A stretch of DNA of 64,000 bases, taken from the NCBI GenBank assembly GCA_964291265.2, contig OZ219747.1, forward strand, positions 2,496,001-2,560,000. The letters run 5' to 3'. Numbering within the stretch: position 1 is the stretch's first letter; every line of letters starts with the position of its first letter. Both the position numbers and the translations under genes were made by a program. The stretch comes from Alphaproteobacteria bacterium. GTDB lineage: Bacteria; Pseudomonadota; Alphaproteobacteria; SP197. Below are positions 19,669-29,892 of this stretch, one piece after another. The notes under the pieces are model-generated. The model did no database searches and was not told where the DNA came from. It was given only the letters and a program-made list of their open reading frames with translations.

Positions 19669-21801
19669 TCAACTCAGCGTCGCGAGCCGGATCCTGAAGA
19701 CGACCACGGTTTCCGGGTCGTCGTCCACGGTTCGGGTGAACCGCCTTTCTCCGCTCAGGCTCAGCTCCACGCATTCGTCCCGGTAGGCAAGGGTGCTGCC
19801 GTAGACGATGGAGTTGCCCTTGTCCACGTCGCCGCGCCAGTTTCCCTTGAGGGTCCAGTTGTCGATCAGCCTGAACATGGCGCTGCTGCTGATCTGTGCG
19901 CGTTCCGTGAGAGGGTAGATGACGGGGTCGGTTTCCTCGTCGAGCCTGACGAAGCTGACTTCGAGATTCGCGTCGTCGGTGCCGACATTCACGCCGAGTT
20001 CCGAGCGGTAGAGGGATTCGAATTCGTCAGACACGCGGAACCGGTAGAGCATGTCGAAGTAGGGAAAGGGGTTGATCTGCAGGCGCCCGACATAGTCGGA
20101 AAAGTGTCCAGAGAGACCCTGGCTCTCGTCAAAGGTGCTGTCGTCGCGTGCTCGCCACACCTGACCGAGGAAAAGCTCGTAGCGGCCGGAATCATGGCCG
20201 TACTGACCGAGACGCAGGCCATAGTTGATCCGCAGGCCACCCTCGACCCTGTCGAGACCGGGGAACCGGTTGGTCGAGAAGAGGTTGACGTCGTCGAATT
20301 CGAAGTCCAGCCCGTCCTCGTTGGGAATCGTCCGGGGATTGCCGCCGTTGGGGCTCCACACGGCCATCGCCATCGGTTCGAGGAACTGGTGGGAGGGGCC
20401 GCTCATCCGGGCGAAGGGGTAGCGCCACTCGACGAGGGCTTCGGGAATGAACCGGTTGGCAAATCCGGATGTCCTGCGATCATCCAGGGGAACATCGGAG
20501 GCATGGTAGGCGTCGCCGCGCATCGACAGCCGCGTCCTGACGTGCTGGCCGTCTGCCGTCAGGAACGGAGCCTGCCAGGCGAAACCGGTGGAGAACCGGC
20601 GGCTGTCGGTGCCGTCGCCTCGTGTCAGAACGAGAAGGCTGGCATCGACGCTGGCAGACGATCCGGTCTTCGACGGAGGCGTGATGTAGCTGTATGTGAT
20701 GAGCGGAGCGACAAGGGGAATCTGGCCAGGGTCGTCATTCGGTCTCAGTCCCTGGTAGAGGTATCCGGAGGCACCGGAATAGGAGCGATCGTCGAAGTGC
20801 TCGACAAAGACATCCGAGACGAGCGTGTCGAGATCCGTGATACCGAATCGCGACAGGTAGGAGTCGTCGGATGAGCGGTGTACGTCGGCGCCGATGTGCG
20901 TGCTGGAATCGGCCATCCAGATGCCGTTGGCCTTGAGATGCCAGCGGGTATCGCGCCCCCCCTTGAGGTGGCCGCCGTTGTGGCGGGCCTTGGCGCGGAC
21001 GACGGAGCCTTCCACCAGAACGTCACCGGTCGCCAGGAACTCCCGATACTCGGCGGAAAGAACGGGACCTTCCTCGCGGGTGATGATGGGCGTCACCGTG
21101 AGGTCGCTCTCAGGCGAAAGTTCGAAGTAGTAGGGAACACTCGCGTAGGCGCCGAGCGTGCTGCTGCTTCCGTAGTCCGGCACCAGGAATCCGGTGCGCC
21201 GGTTCACGGTCGGGTCCGGATGACTGAGGAAGGGCGAATACGCGACCGGGACTCCGAAGACTTCGAGGGTCACGTTCCGGTATGTGATGTCGCTCGTCTC
21301 CTCGTCATGGGTCACGCTCTTGGCCTTCAATTGCCAGAGCGGCAGACCGTCGGGATCGTCCGGGCACAGTTCGCACGGACTGTAGACGGCACGCTCCATG
21401 ACCGTGATACGGCCATCGCTGCGCTCGGCTCTGGATGCAGCCAGTCTGGCGCCGTTGCCGAGCAGCAGCCGGATGCCTTCGATGACGCCTTCACGCAGGT
21501 CTCCGGTCACTTCCATATGGTCGGAATGAAGTGTCTGTCCCCGGCTGTCGACAACGACGACGCTGCCGGATGCCGTGACGCGATTGCCGGGCCGGTCGTA
21601 GACGAGTCTGTCGGCCTCCAGGACATAGCCTTCGGTGGTCAGGGTGACGGCGCCCAGGGCCGTGGTCACTCCGGTCTGGCTGTCGTGTGTGATCTCGTTG
21701 GCCTGCAGGGCAGCCGGGTCGGCATCGTGACCGTCCGCTGCCACCGGGCTGGCGAGGAACGCAAACACGAAAGCGGCCACCAGGCCGGTCGACCGGACCA
21801 T
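19669..21801 (-). CDS. lptD: LPS-assembly protein LptD
   Basis: YSPCELC...PLWQLKA, RRTGFLVP, NRFPGLDRVEGG, YRDEC; operon context. Confidence 0.95.
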   Translation of the reverse strand: MVRSTGLVAAFVFAFLASPVAADGHDADPAALQANEITHDSQTGVTTALGAVTLTTEGYVLEADRLVYDRPGNRVTASGSVVVVDSRGQTLHSDHMEVTGDLREGVIEGIRLLLGNGARLAASRAERSDGRITVMERAVYSPCELCPDDPDGLPLWQLKAKSVTHDEETSDITYRNVTLEVFGVPVAYSPFLSHPDPTVNRRTGFLVPDYGSSSTLGAYASVPYYFELSPESDLTVTPIITREEGPVLSAEYREFLATGDVLVEGSVVRAKARHNGGHLKGGRDTRWHLKANGIWMADSSTHIGADVHRSSDDSYLSRFGITDLDTLVSDVFVEHFDDRSYSGASGYLYQGLRPNDDPGQIPLVAPLITYSYITPPSKTGSSASVDASLLVLTRGDGTDSRRFSTGFAWQAPFLTADGQHVRTRLSMRGDAYHASDVPLDDRRTSGFANRFIPEALVEWRYPFARMSGPSHQFLEPMAMAVWSPNGGNPRTIPNEDGLDFEFDDVNLFSTNRFPGLDRVEGGLRINYGLRLGQYGHDSGRYELFLGQVWRARDDSTFDESQGLSGHFSDYVGRLQINPFPYFDMLYRFRVSDEFESLYRSELGVNVGTDDANLEVSFVRLDEETDPVIYPLTERAQISSSAMFRLIDNWTLKGNWRGDVDKGNSIVYGSTLAYRDECVELSLSGERRFTRTVDDDPETVVVFRIRLATLS

Positions 21802-22896
21802 CTATCCGTCTTCCGTATGGAGAAGCATGGTGCTCCCGATCGAAGTGACAATGGCGACAGGCCCCCACACGGCGAGCAGGACCGGGAGATTGCCAGACAT
21901 CCCATAGGCGGCGAAGATATCCGATACCACGTAGACGACAAACCCGAATCCCAGTCCAGAAACGACGAAGAGACTGACATTGCCCTGACGCGTCAAGCGC
22001 AGCGAGAATGCGGCCGCCACCAGCACCATCGAAGCCAGGAACAGCGGCATGGCGAGCACGGCATGCCAGTGAATGCGGTGCTGCAGAGCAGAAAAGCCGG
22101 CACTTTCCATGACCTCGATGAAGCCGGGAAGATCCCAGAACGAGATGGTCTCGGGCGATGCGAAGGCTGCCTGCAGCCGATCGAGGGACAATTCTGTTGG
22201 CACCTCGATTGCGCTGACGCTCGCAGTGCGCTCATCGGGACGGCTGATCAGAACCTCCTCCATCTCCCAGTGATGGTCACCGAGGGTGGCCCGCTTCGCA
22301 TCGTAGCGCTCCATGAACCGGTCGTTCTCGCCGAACACAAGGATGATGACGTCCTCGAGTTCGGTGCCGCTGGCCGATATCTTGTGAGCGTGAATCACCG
22401 ACTGGCGCGTGCCGTCGCCTTCCCTGATCCACATGTTGCCGGGCGCGACTGCGAGAATGTTGGCCTGGCTTCTGACATTGCGGTTCTCGAGCTGTTCGAA
22501 GCGGGAGATCAGGGCCGACGCGACAGGGTTGAACACTGTGATGGTGACAATGCCGAGGGCGATCGTGATGGCGAGTGCCGGCAACAGGAACTGCCACACC
22601 GACACACCCGTGGCCCGCATGACAACCAGTTCGTGGGTCCTGGTGAGCCAGACATAGGTCAGCAAGGTGCCGAACAGGACGGCGAACGGGAGGATCTTCA
22701 CCACGAAGTAGGGGATGCGCAGCAATGCCATCTCCAGCACCAGGGCGAGATCTGCGTTGTCCCGCGAGGCAGCCCGACCACCCAGATTCACGATGTCGAC
22801 GAGAAAGGTGACGGCCACCATGATGACGAGAACCAGCATGACCGACATGAAGAATCGCCGGGCAATGTACTTCGACAGGACGAGCGAGAGATGCAT
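21802..22896 (-). CDS. lptG: LPS export ABC permease LptG
   Basis: YjgP/Q-type topology, ELVVMRATGVSVWQF, PETISFWDLP, LLHTEDG C-terminus. Confidence 0.93.
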   Translation of the reverse strand: MHLSLVLSKYIARRFFMSVMLVLVIMVAVTFLVDIVNLGGRAASRDNADLALVLEMALLRIPYFVVKILPFAVLFGTLLTYVWLTRTHELVVMRATGVSVWQFLLPALAITIALGIVTITVFNPVASALISRFEQLENRNVRSQANILAVAPGNMWIREGDGTRQSVIHAHKISASGTELEDVIILVFGENDRFMERYDAKRATLGDHHWEMEEVLISRPDERTASVSAIEVPTELSLDRLQAAFASPETISFWDLPGFIEVMESAGFSALQHRIHWHAVLAMPLFLASMVLVAAAFSLRLTRQGNVSLFVVSGLGFGFVVYVVSDIFAAYGMSGNLPVLLAVWGPVAIVTSIGSTMLLHTEDG

Positions 22897-22900
22897 GACG

Positions 22901-24034
22901 CTACGTGCCTGACCTGAGGCCGCCGGACGCCGGGAACGGCAGAACGAAACGATGCTGCGTCATCGCCCAGACGGCGAGCCAGAACACGATGACAGGCAGT
23001 GCGTAGAGAGGAACGATGAGGAGCGTGTTCCTGACCATCAGGCTGACGAGAGAAAACGAGATCCCGAGATAGAGCAGGCCGAGGAACAGTCCGCTGGCAA
23101 TCCTCGGCCACTGGTGGCGGCGGTCGAATTCTCCGGCAGTCATCGCGGCAAAGCTGATGAGCGCCATGACGAGAGATGCCAGCGGCAGCACCAGACGTCT
23201 GTGGGCCTCCGCCAGGAACTCGCCCCGGTGGATGTCGTCGATGGCGGTGAACGGTCCGCTGACCAGTTCATGGAGATATCGCTCCTTGGGTTCCCTGTTG
23301 CGTGACGGAGGGGCACCCGAAAGCTGAGCGAGATCAAGGGCGTAGCTGTCGAAATAGAGCATGCGCAAGGAGCGCTCGTTGCCGGCGATCTCCTGGCGCG
23401 TACCGTTTGCGAGCACCAGCTGCAGGCCGCCGTCCTCCGCGACCAGCGATCCCCACTGCGCCAACATGGTGACCTTGCGGTCCGGATCGCGGGTATCGTG
23501 GATGAGAATTCCGCGGAAACGGCCTTCCCTGTCCTCATCCCGGTAATAGATCATGAACCCCGGAATGAGCTGGCTGAACGTTCCCTTGCGCAAGAGCAGG
23601 TGATGGAAGTCGCTTCTCAGGTGCGCCTGTTCATCCTTGAACTCCCTGAATCCCGCAGGTGACAGCCACAGGGTCAACACCCAGCCCAGAACGGCGACGA
23701 GAACGCCGAGGATGATCACGGACCGGGCCATCTCCCAGGGACTGAGTCCGGCGGACCGCATGACCACCAGTTCACGGTCGACCGTGAGCCGGTTGAAGGT
23801 GTAGATCACGGCACACAGCACGGCGACCGGCAGCGTCACCGGAAGGATCGACGGCATCAGGAGCAGCGTGATTTCAAGGAAAGCGAGGATCGAAAGGCCG
23901 CGGTTGATGATGAAGTCGAGGAACCTCAGGGACTGGGTGAGCCAGATCACGCTCACCAGCACCGCAGCGATGGTGAGAGTCGTCAACAGCAGTTGCAGGA
24001 GAATGTAGGACGTGTGCCTGCGGAACATCGGCAT
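22901..24034 (-). CDS. lptF: LPS export ABC permease LptF
   Basis: IWLTQSLRFLDFIINRG, DRELVVMRSAGLSP, AEAHRRL; first gene of lptFGD. Confidence 0.93.
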   Translation of the reverse strand: MPMFRRHTSYILLQLLLTTLTIAAVLVSVIWLTQSLRFLDFIINRGLSILAFLEITLLLMPSILPVTLPVAVLCAVIYTFNRLTVDRELVVMRSAGLSPWEMARSVIILGVLVAVLGWVLTLWLSPAGFREFKDEQAHLRSDFHHLLLRKGTFSQLIPGFMIYYRDEDREGRFRGILIHDTRDPDRKVTMLAQWGSLVAEDGGLQLVLANGTRQEIAGNERSLRMLYFDSYALDLAQLSGAPPSRNREPKERYLHELVSGPFTAIDDIHRGEFLAEAHRRLVLPLASLVMALISFAAMTAGEFDRRHQWPRIASGLFLGLLYLGISFSLVSLMVRNTLLIVPLYALPVIVFWLAVWAMTQHRFVLPFPASGGLRSGT

Positions 24035-24279
24035 CGATCGTGCGTTGCTTACCCTCTCCCTGCGATATACAGCGGAAACGATGCCGAGTCACTCGCCCCA
24101 CCGGACACCGGCGAGACCTTCGATTGCGAGGCCGGCGACACGGTTGCTCATCGATCTTCAGCCGCCGGGGCGCCAGTATCGTCGGGCCCGGTTTCGCAAG
24201 GGCGCAGGCGCCGTGTCCTCCTGGCCCACGATCTCCACCGGAGTGACTTGCCGGAACCCGAGGCTCTGGTCCTTTCAAT

Positions 24280-26200
24280 GACACGCTGCCGTCTCGATCC
24301 TGGCGTGCCCGCGCGCGGCGCGGTAGCGGGAACGGCCGGCACGACAATGCCTCCGACCCGCTGGCGTGCCCGCGCGCGGCGCGGTAGCTCTCGGTGAAGA
24401 GCGACAGGATCAGGTGTCCTTCGCAGGTCTTGTGAGCGCCCGGCATTGACCTGGCGCCTCGACGGGATGAATCCGGCGAGACGCCCGGTGTTGACGGCGA
24501 ACTCCGCGATCGCCTGATCCGGGTCGGGCGGGTCGCGCTGCTGGCGGTGATTCGGCTTCGACATGCAGGCGGCGAGCACGCGGATCTCGTCCTCGTGGAC
24601 GACCTCCGCGCGAGGCGCTCGACGGACATGACGGTGCATGCGGTCATGGCGTCGAAGGCGAGACGACTGCGCAGGTCGGTGATGGCCATGGGGCTGCGGT
24701 CCCTGATTCGCGTCCCGGTCCTGACGGTGAGCGAACCACTCTTCGTTCATCCGGCGTTTCTCGACGATGCGGAGTACGTTATCCTGCTTAGGGCTCAGCC
24801 TTCGGTGGTCAGGAGCAGCCAGTCGAGCCGGTCCCTGCCCGCCGGCGGCGTCTTCTCCAGGACGCGCACCGCGAGCATGCCGAGCGGGGCCGCGTCCTTC
24901 GACAGGTCGGCCGGCGGGGCGAGGTCGACGAGACCGGCCCGCCGCTCCAGCTTGACGTCCTTGCGCATCCGGGAGCCGCCACAAGGCCGCGATGTCGATC
25001 GTCTTCCCGCGACGACGTCCAGTTCGGCCGCGTGCGCGAACAGCTCCTTGACCCTGCCGTGACGGCCCGCCGCCGTCCGACAGGAGAGACCACATGTCGC
25101 CTTCACGGTCGCAGATGGCCACCACGCGGACTCGCGGCAGGCAGGCCGCCGCCAGCTCGGCGGACTTGGCGAAGGCCTCCGTCCAGCGTCCGCTTTCCTC
25201 GCCCTCCAGCGCCGTCGCCTTGTCCTCCGCGCGGAAGCCTCCATCAAGGCTGAATACCCCCAGTGCGCAACCGCCCTCGCTGAACGCAACGCCGGCATGA
25301 GCCGCGATCCCCTTGCTTCCAGAGCTGCTGCCGCCGATGTCGACAAGGCCCTGCGTCGCCTCCAGGCCGCTGTCGTTCAGCATCGTCGTGTCCTGAACCG
25401 CAAGCACGACAGACTGCCTGCGGCAACGCTCGACCATCGCCCCCTGATGCGGTTCAGGGATGTCTTGCATGTCGATCCTCAGGGTTCGACAGGAACCTGA
25501 CTCCGTCTCGGCGCACATCCCCTTCCGCCACGAGAGACGGGCCGCCGCCGATCAGCGGGTCCGGCGCGTTCCCGAGAGCCTCCGCAACCGTACGCCAGAT
25601 CCAGATCGACACCGTAGTGTTCCTTCCAGTCGTCCGCAACGCGACCGTGGAACAGCGACAGCGCCACGGACGCAAGCCCGCGGACGCCGGGAACGAGGTG
25701 AACGTCACGGGCTCCCCGGGACCAGCGGATGAAATCGCGCGCCTTCTGGTGCCAACTCGCCGCACCGAACACCAGGCCGCCGAGGCGACCGTGGCGCGAC
25801 GAGGTGATCCAGGTGCTCACCCGGGTGCGCCGGCCTCGCTCGCGGGATACCAGGTCGCCATCATCGACCGGGCCAGACGCTTGTCCTTGCCGTCGCCGAC
25901 CGCCTCCAAGGGTGACCTCGTCAAGGCCCTCGAGGGCGCAGGCCAGTGGCGTGTCGGGACAGTCCCGCTCAAGGATGCCGGTGTCGAGGGCGCGAGGCCC
26001 TGGTGCTGGAAGGACGATGTCGAGCGACGAGGCAAGACCAGGCAGGGCGGCACGCGCCGAGGTCAGGTACAGGGCGCCCTTCGCCTTGCGCCAGTGTCCT
26101 CGCGCTCGCATAATCCCCGCGCCAGGGACGAGCGCATGCTGCCCTCGCCAACCGACGCTTTCAGCCAGTCAACCGCCTCGCAGGCATGATGTCGCGAGCC
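24280..26200 (-). pseudogene. Degraded IS4 (IS50/Tn5 group) transposase with N-terminal DUF4338 (DruA-like) domain
   Basis: Fragments GRLGGLVFGAASWHQKARDFIRWS (DUF4338-like), VLAVQDTTMLN, AICDREGDMW, LDWLLLTTE, TGRLAGFIPSRRQ; many frameshifts; ends not resolved. Confidence 0.8.
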
Positions 26201-26354
26201 TATCCTCATGCAACCGAGCCTGCGGCTTCAGCTGATTCGGGTTGACAGTGTCCGGTTGAGAGGCCCGGGGAGTCGCATGACGGGCGCCGGTGACGATCTC
26301 GCTTGGCCCGGTTTCGCCGTGTAGGCTGCCGCCGACAGGAAAGGGCACCGCACC

Positions 26355-27194
26355 ATGCCGCAATTCGACCGCGCCGGCGAGGATGTCGGCAACATCGTCG
26401 CGCTGGAACACGTCAATGTCCGTGTGCCGGACCAGGCGCGCGCGACGGACTTCTACATCACCGCGCTTGGTCTCACCCGCGACCCCTATCAGATGACGGG
26501 AACGGACAACATGTGGGTCAACGTCGGGCAGAACCAGTTTCACCTTCCGACAGGAGAGCCGCAGCGCCTCCGTGGCCGCACGGGCCTTGTCATGCCCGAC
26601 CTGGATGCACTCGAAATCCGGCTCACAGCTGTCGGCGTCCCCTGCGAGCGGCAGAGTGGCCATGTCGACACGGCCTGTCCCTGGGGCAACCGCATTCGCA
26701 TACACGGGCCCGGAGACGGACGAGCGCTCGCCATGGCCTACGTGTCCTTCGATGTGCCCGAGGGAACGGCCCGGGCGATCGCAGCCTTCTACCGCGAGGT
26801 GTGGAAGACAGGCGCATGGGTCGACCGGGAGGGCGTGGCCCATGTCCGGGTCGGGCACGGACAGGAGCTGCTCTTTGTCGAGTCCGCCGGGCCTCTGCCC
26901 GGCTATGATGGCCACCATGTCGCGGTCTACGTGGCCGATTTTTCCGGGCCTCACCGCTGGCTGGACGAGAGGGGTCTCGTCTCCGAGGAAAGCAACCAGT
27001 GGCAGTACCGCTTTCTCGATATCGTCGATCCCGGCACCAGCGAGCCCGTGTTCCGCATCGAGCATGAGGTTCGATCGATGACCCACCCCTTCTACGGGCG
27101 CTCCCTGGTCAACCGCAGTCCGGACGCGACCAGCAGTTCCTTCGCCACGGGCCACGAATCCCTCGCCTCAAGGGTTCCTCCCGGCCCATGCTGA
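26355..27194 (+). CDS. VOC/glyoxalase-superfamily-like hypothetical protein
   Basis: LEHVNVRVPD...DFYITALGL, QFHLP, HHVAVYVADF, EHEVRS paired VOC-like motifs. Confidence 0.75.
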   Translation: MPQFDRAGEDVGNIVALEHVNVRVPDQARATDFYITALGLTRDPYQMTGTDNMWVNVGQNQFHLPTGEPQRLRGRTGLVMPDLDALEIRLTAVGVPCERQSGHVDTACPWGNRIRIHGPGDGRALAMAYVSFDVPEGTARAIAAFYREVWKTGAWVDREGVAHVRVGHGQELLFVESAGPLPGYDGHHVAVYVADFSGPHRWLDERGLVSEESNQWQYRFLDIVDPGTSEPVFRIEHEVRSMTHPFYGRSLVNRSPDATSSSFATGHESLASRVPPGPC

Positions 27195-27297
27195 CCCTTT
27201 TACGCTCCCTGCTGTCGTGGAAATGTCGGGTTCCTGTCGTGGTCTCCAGTGGCAATGGGAGTCATGTTGGCTTGCCTGAACGGCGGGAGCGACACTG

Positions 27298-27795
27298 ATG
27301 ATCGTCCGCAAGCTGCGCCTCGAGCGGGGACTCTCCCAGGAGCAACTCGCATCGATGGCGGGTGTCAGCGTACGCACCCTGCAACGCATAGAGCGTGGCG
27401 CGACTCCGAGTGCCGAGACCCTCAAGTGCCTTGCCGCTGTTCTGGACACCGACTTTTCCACTCTGCGCAAGGAGCATGACATGACCGCCGCATCAGACAC
27501 GCCGAACCTCTCCGAAGAGGAACAGAATGCTATGGAGTACATCCGGGACATTCGGGGCTTCTACATCCACGCCGTCCAGTATGTCGTCATCATCGCCGTT
27601 CTTGCGGTGATCAACCTTGTTACCTACCCGGACTATCTCTGGTTTCTCTGGGCTGCGCTCGGCTGGGGAATCGGCGTCGCCGTCCACGGCCTCAGCGTGT
27701 TCGAGATCGTCAACCTGTTCGGCGACGAGTGGGAAAGGCGGCAGGTCGCAAAGCGGCTCGCCAGGGCCCGCCCGGACCGCAACAGGGGCTTCTGA
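27298..27795 (+). CDS. XRE-family HTH regulator with C-terminal 2TM domain
   Basis: LRLERGLSQEQLASMAGVSVRTLQRIERG; GFYIH...WFLWAALGWGIGVAVHG...WERRQ. Confidence 0.9.
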   Translation: MIVRKLRLERGLSQEQLASMAGVSVRTLQRIERGATPSAETLKCLAAVLDTDFSTLRKEHDMTAASDTPNLSEEEQNAMEYIRDIRGFYIHAVQYVVIIAVLAVINLVTYPDYLWFLWAALGWGIGVAVHGLSVFEIVNLFGDEWERRQVAKRLARARPDRNRGF

Positions 27796-28958
27796 CCCGC
27801 AGGTTCCGGACGACAGCAACGCGCCACCGACTCCGGTCCGATGGGCACCGATGGCCGTCTTCAGCCAGATGTCGCCAGCGTCCGTTGCAGACAGCGGGGC
27901 CCGGGCTCCGCCTGCGGCGGTGACGACAGCGAAGCGGGCGTGGAAGGCCCGGTCGACGCAGTCGGCGGATTCGGGACCCTCAACTTCGCCGGGTCGGACA
28001 CGAAGACCCGAACGATGGAACCCGGATCCGTCATCTGCCTTGCTGCCGCGCCGGCGTGATTCCGCTGGAACGCTTACTAGTCCGAAGTTCCGGACGATTT
28101 CAGCGCTATAACCACACCAACTAGTTGATCTTACTGATAAAAGTGTACAGAGACAACATGCAGAAGTTCCCATGTAACGGTGAAACACCCTGTTGACACA
28201 GGCGGCCTTTGCCCCCATGTACTTGGACATCGTCCCCAACCGCATGAGCCCCCCGCCACCAGTCTCTCCTCCTGGCCCATGGAGAACGTCGAAACCCTGC
28301 GGCCCTTCCAGGTCACCACGCGGCCCACGCCGCTCCATAAAAAGGGCCCTGAACCACCTCGGCGTGCGCCTCTAGCGTTCCCAGTAGCGCCACACTCGAT
28401 TCCATCAAACGTCAATACATTCATAACGATACGTCTGAACGGTGCTGGAACTTCGGGCTAGTCGATTCCGAAAGCCTCGAGGATCGCGGCCGCATCCGGT
28501 CCGGCGAGGGCCGACCACTCGGCGGACATGGTGGCGCCGATGGCGGCGAGATCGGCAGCGAGTTGCTGGCCGGGGGCACGAACGACCATGCCGTTGGCCG
28601 CGAGTTGCGCCCGGTACCAGTCGGTCAGCGCCCGCGCTCTTGCGGTGCCAGCCACTTCCGCCAGCAGCGCGGCGGCACGCAGGCAGTTTCGGGCATGGTC
28701 ACCCAGGGCATCGAACCCGTCCTGGTTCACGAGCATGTAGTTGCGCGGCAACCAGCCCTGGACATCGTAGAAATAACTCAGGTGTTCCCAGACCTTCCGG
28801 TCGAAACCGGTTGCGGCGGACGAGACGAAGGCTTCCGCCCTTCCGGTCGTCAGCGCCTGGATGAGTTCGGTTGCTTCGATCCGCACCGGCACCATGCCTG
28901 CCAGTTCGGCCAGTTGCGAGGTGGCGGCGTTGTACGTGCGGAACCTGATCCCTGCCAT
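27660..28958 (+). repeat. Segmental duplication, copy 1 (3' end of the XRE-2TM gene, spacer, IS site, 3' half of dctP); copy 2 is ~32826-35702
   Basis: 27661-28075 is near-identical to 32827-33241, and 28458-28958 is near-identical to 35199-35702. Confidence 0.92.
28082..28456 (+). mobile_element. MITE-like internally deleted IS1634 relative (375 bp)
   Basis: TIRs CCGAAGTTCC...GGAACTTCGG; retains MYLDIVPNR and PFQVTTRPTPL pieces of the transposase; flanks ACTAGT/GCTAGT. Confidence 0.9.
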
Positions 28959-28963
28959 CAACA

Positions 28964-29554
28964 CCCTGCACTCATCGGAGCAATACACATGCCCCCGGTC
29001 ACACGACCGGCAGAGAACAACCTGCTGTTGGCAACGCCTGCAGTTGAACAGTCGTCCTGTCGTGCACACCGTCCGTCTCGAGAGCGGGGGTGGACCCGGA
29101 CGCAAAATGGCTCGACAATACACGGGAGTTCGGTCCCCCGTGACCGACTCGTCCGGGTGCTGCGCCGGGGGTCGTCGGTAAAACTCTGCCCGGCGCCGCA
29201 TCGCTCTTTCTTTCGATGCCGATCTAGCATCCACCCGGGGCGGCGGCAAAGACGCCGCCCCGGGACCGGACAACGCGACCCAGACCACAGGGAAAACAGA
29301 CGATCCCGCGAGTGCCTCGGAACCGAAACCCTCCCGGCAACCGTCACCAAGACCGAAGCAGAGGCCGACGGAACAATCCGAACCGGACCAAAACGACAAT
29401 AGGAAAAGACGGCGACGCTCGGGGAGACAATCAACCGAACACTCAAACCACGACAACAGGACGTGACAATAGGACCTGACAACAGGGAAGAAACACGACC
29501 CTGACAAAGCGCGGCAAATCGCCGAAATCCCGCCGTTCTATGCAGCCATCAACA
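28964..29554 (-). mobile_element. Truncated left end of the IS21-primase element (relative of 40839-41420)
   Basis: Reverse complement starts TGTTGATGGCTGCATAGAACGGCGGGATTTCGG exactly as at 40839 and includes the 5' part of the Zn-finger ORF. Confidence 0.92.
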
Positions 29555-29670
29555 ACTGCGTCGCCGCCTACAGGCGCCGCGCACGTGCGTTCAGAACCGG
29601 CCGCAACATCACAAACTTGGCTCGCAGCGTATCGACCATCGCTTCCATGACATCATCGATAGCAAATCCA
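29555..29670 (-). pseudogene. 5' remnant of an ISAzo13-family transposase
   Basis: Translates MEAMVDTLRAKFVMLRPVLNARARRL*AAT, homologous to MEAIVNTLRSKFVVLRPFLNERARRLWAAT of the element at 59.3-62.7 kb. Confidence 0.82.
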
Positions 29671-29892
29671 CCGAAAAACAGTCTGTTTTGGCGAGAATCC
29701 TTGCGAGAAACTGCCCTCATGCGCGCGCGCAACGTTACAAACGCCTGACGTCAATGAGGAACCAAGCGGAATCCAGCGTGGGATCGTCTTGGTTCTGGGT
29801 CGTTTGCAGTGGCTGCCGGTACGGAATAAACTCTCGGCTCGGTATGCCTTCAGGCCCTGCCATGGAGACCCATCCATCGAGGAGTGAGCGCG

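Noticed and set aside
24300-24388. 28-bp direct repeat CTGGCGTGCCCGCGCGCGGCGCGGTAGC
   Set aside because: Only two copies, at the decayed 3' end of an IS4 pseudogene; likely a local duplication scar.
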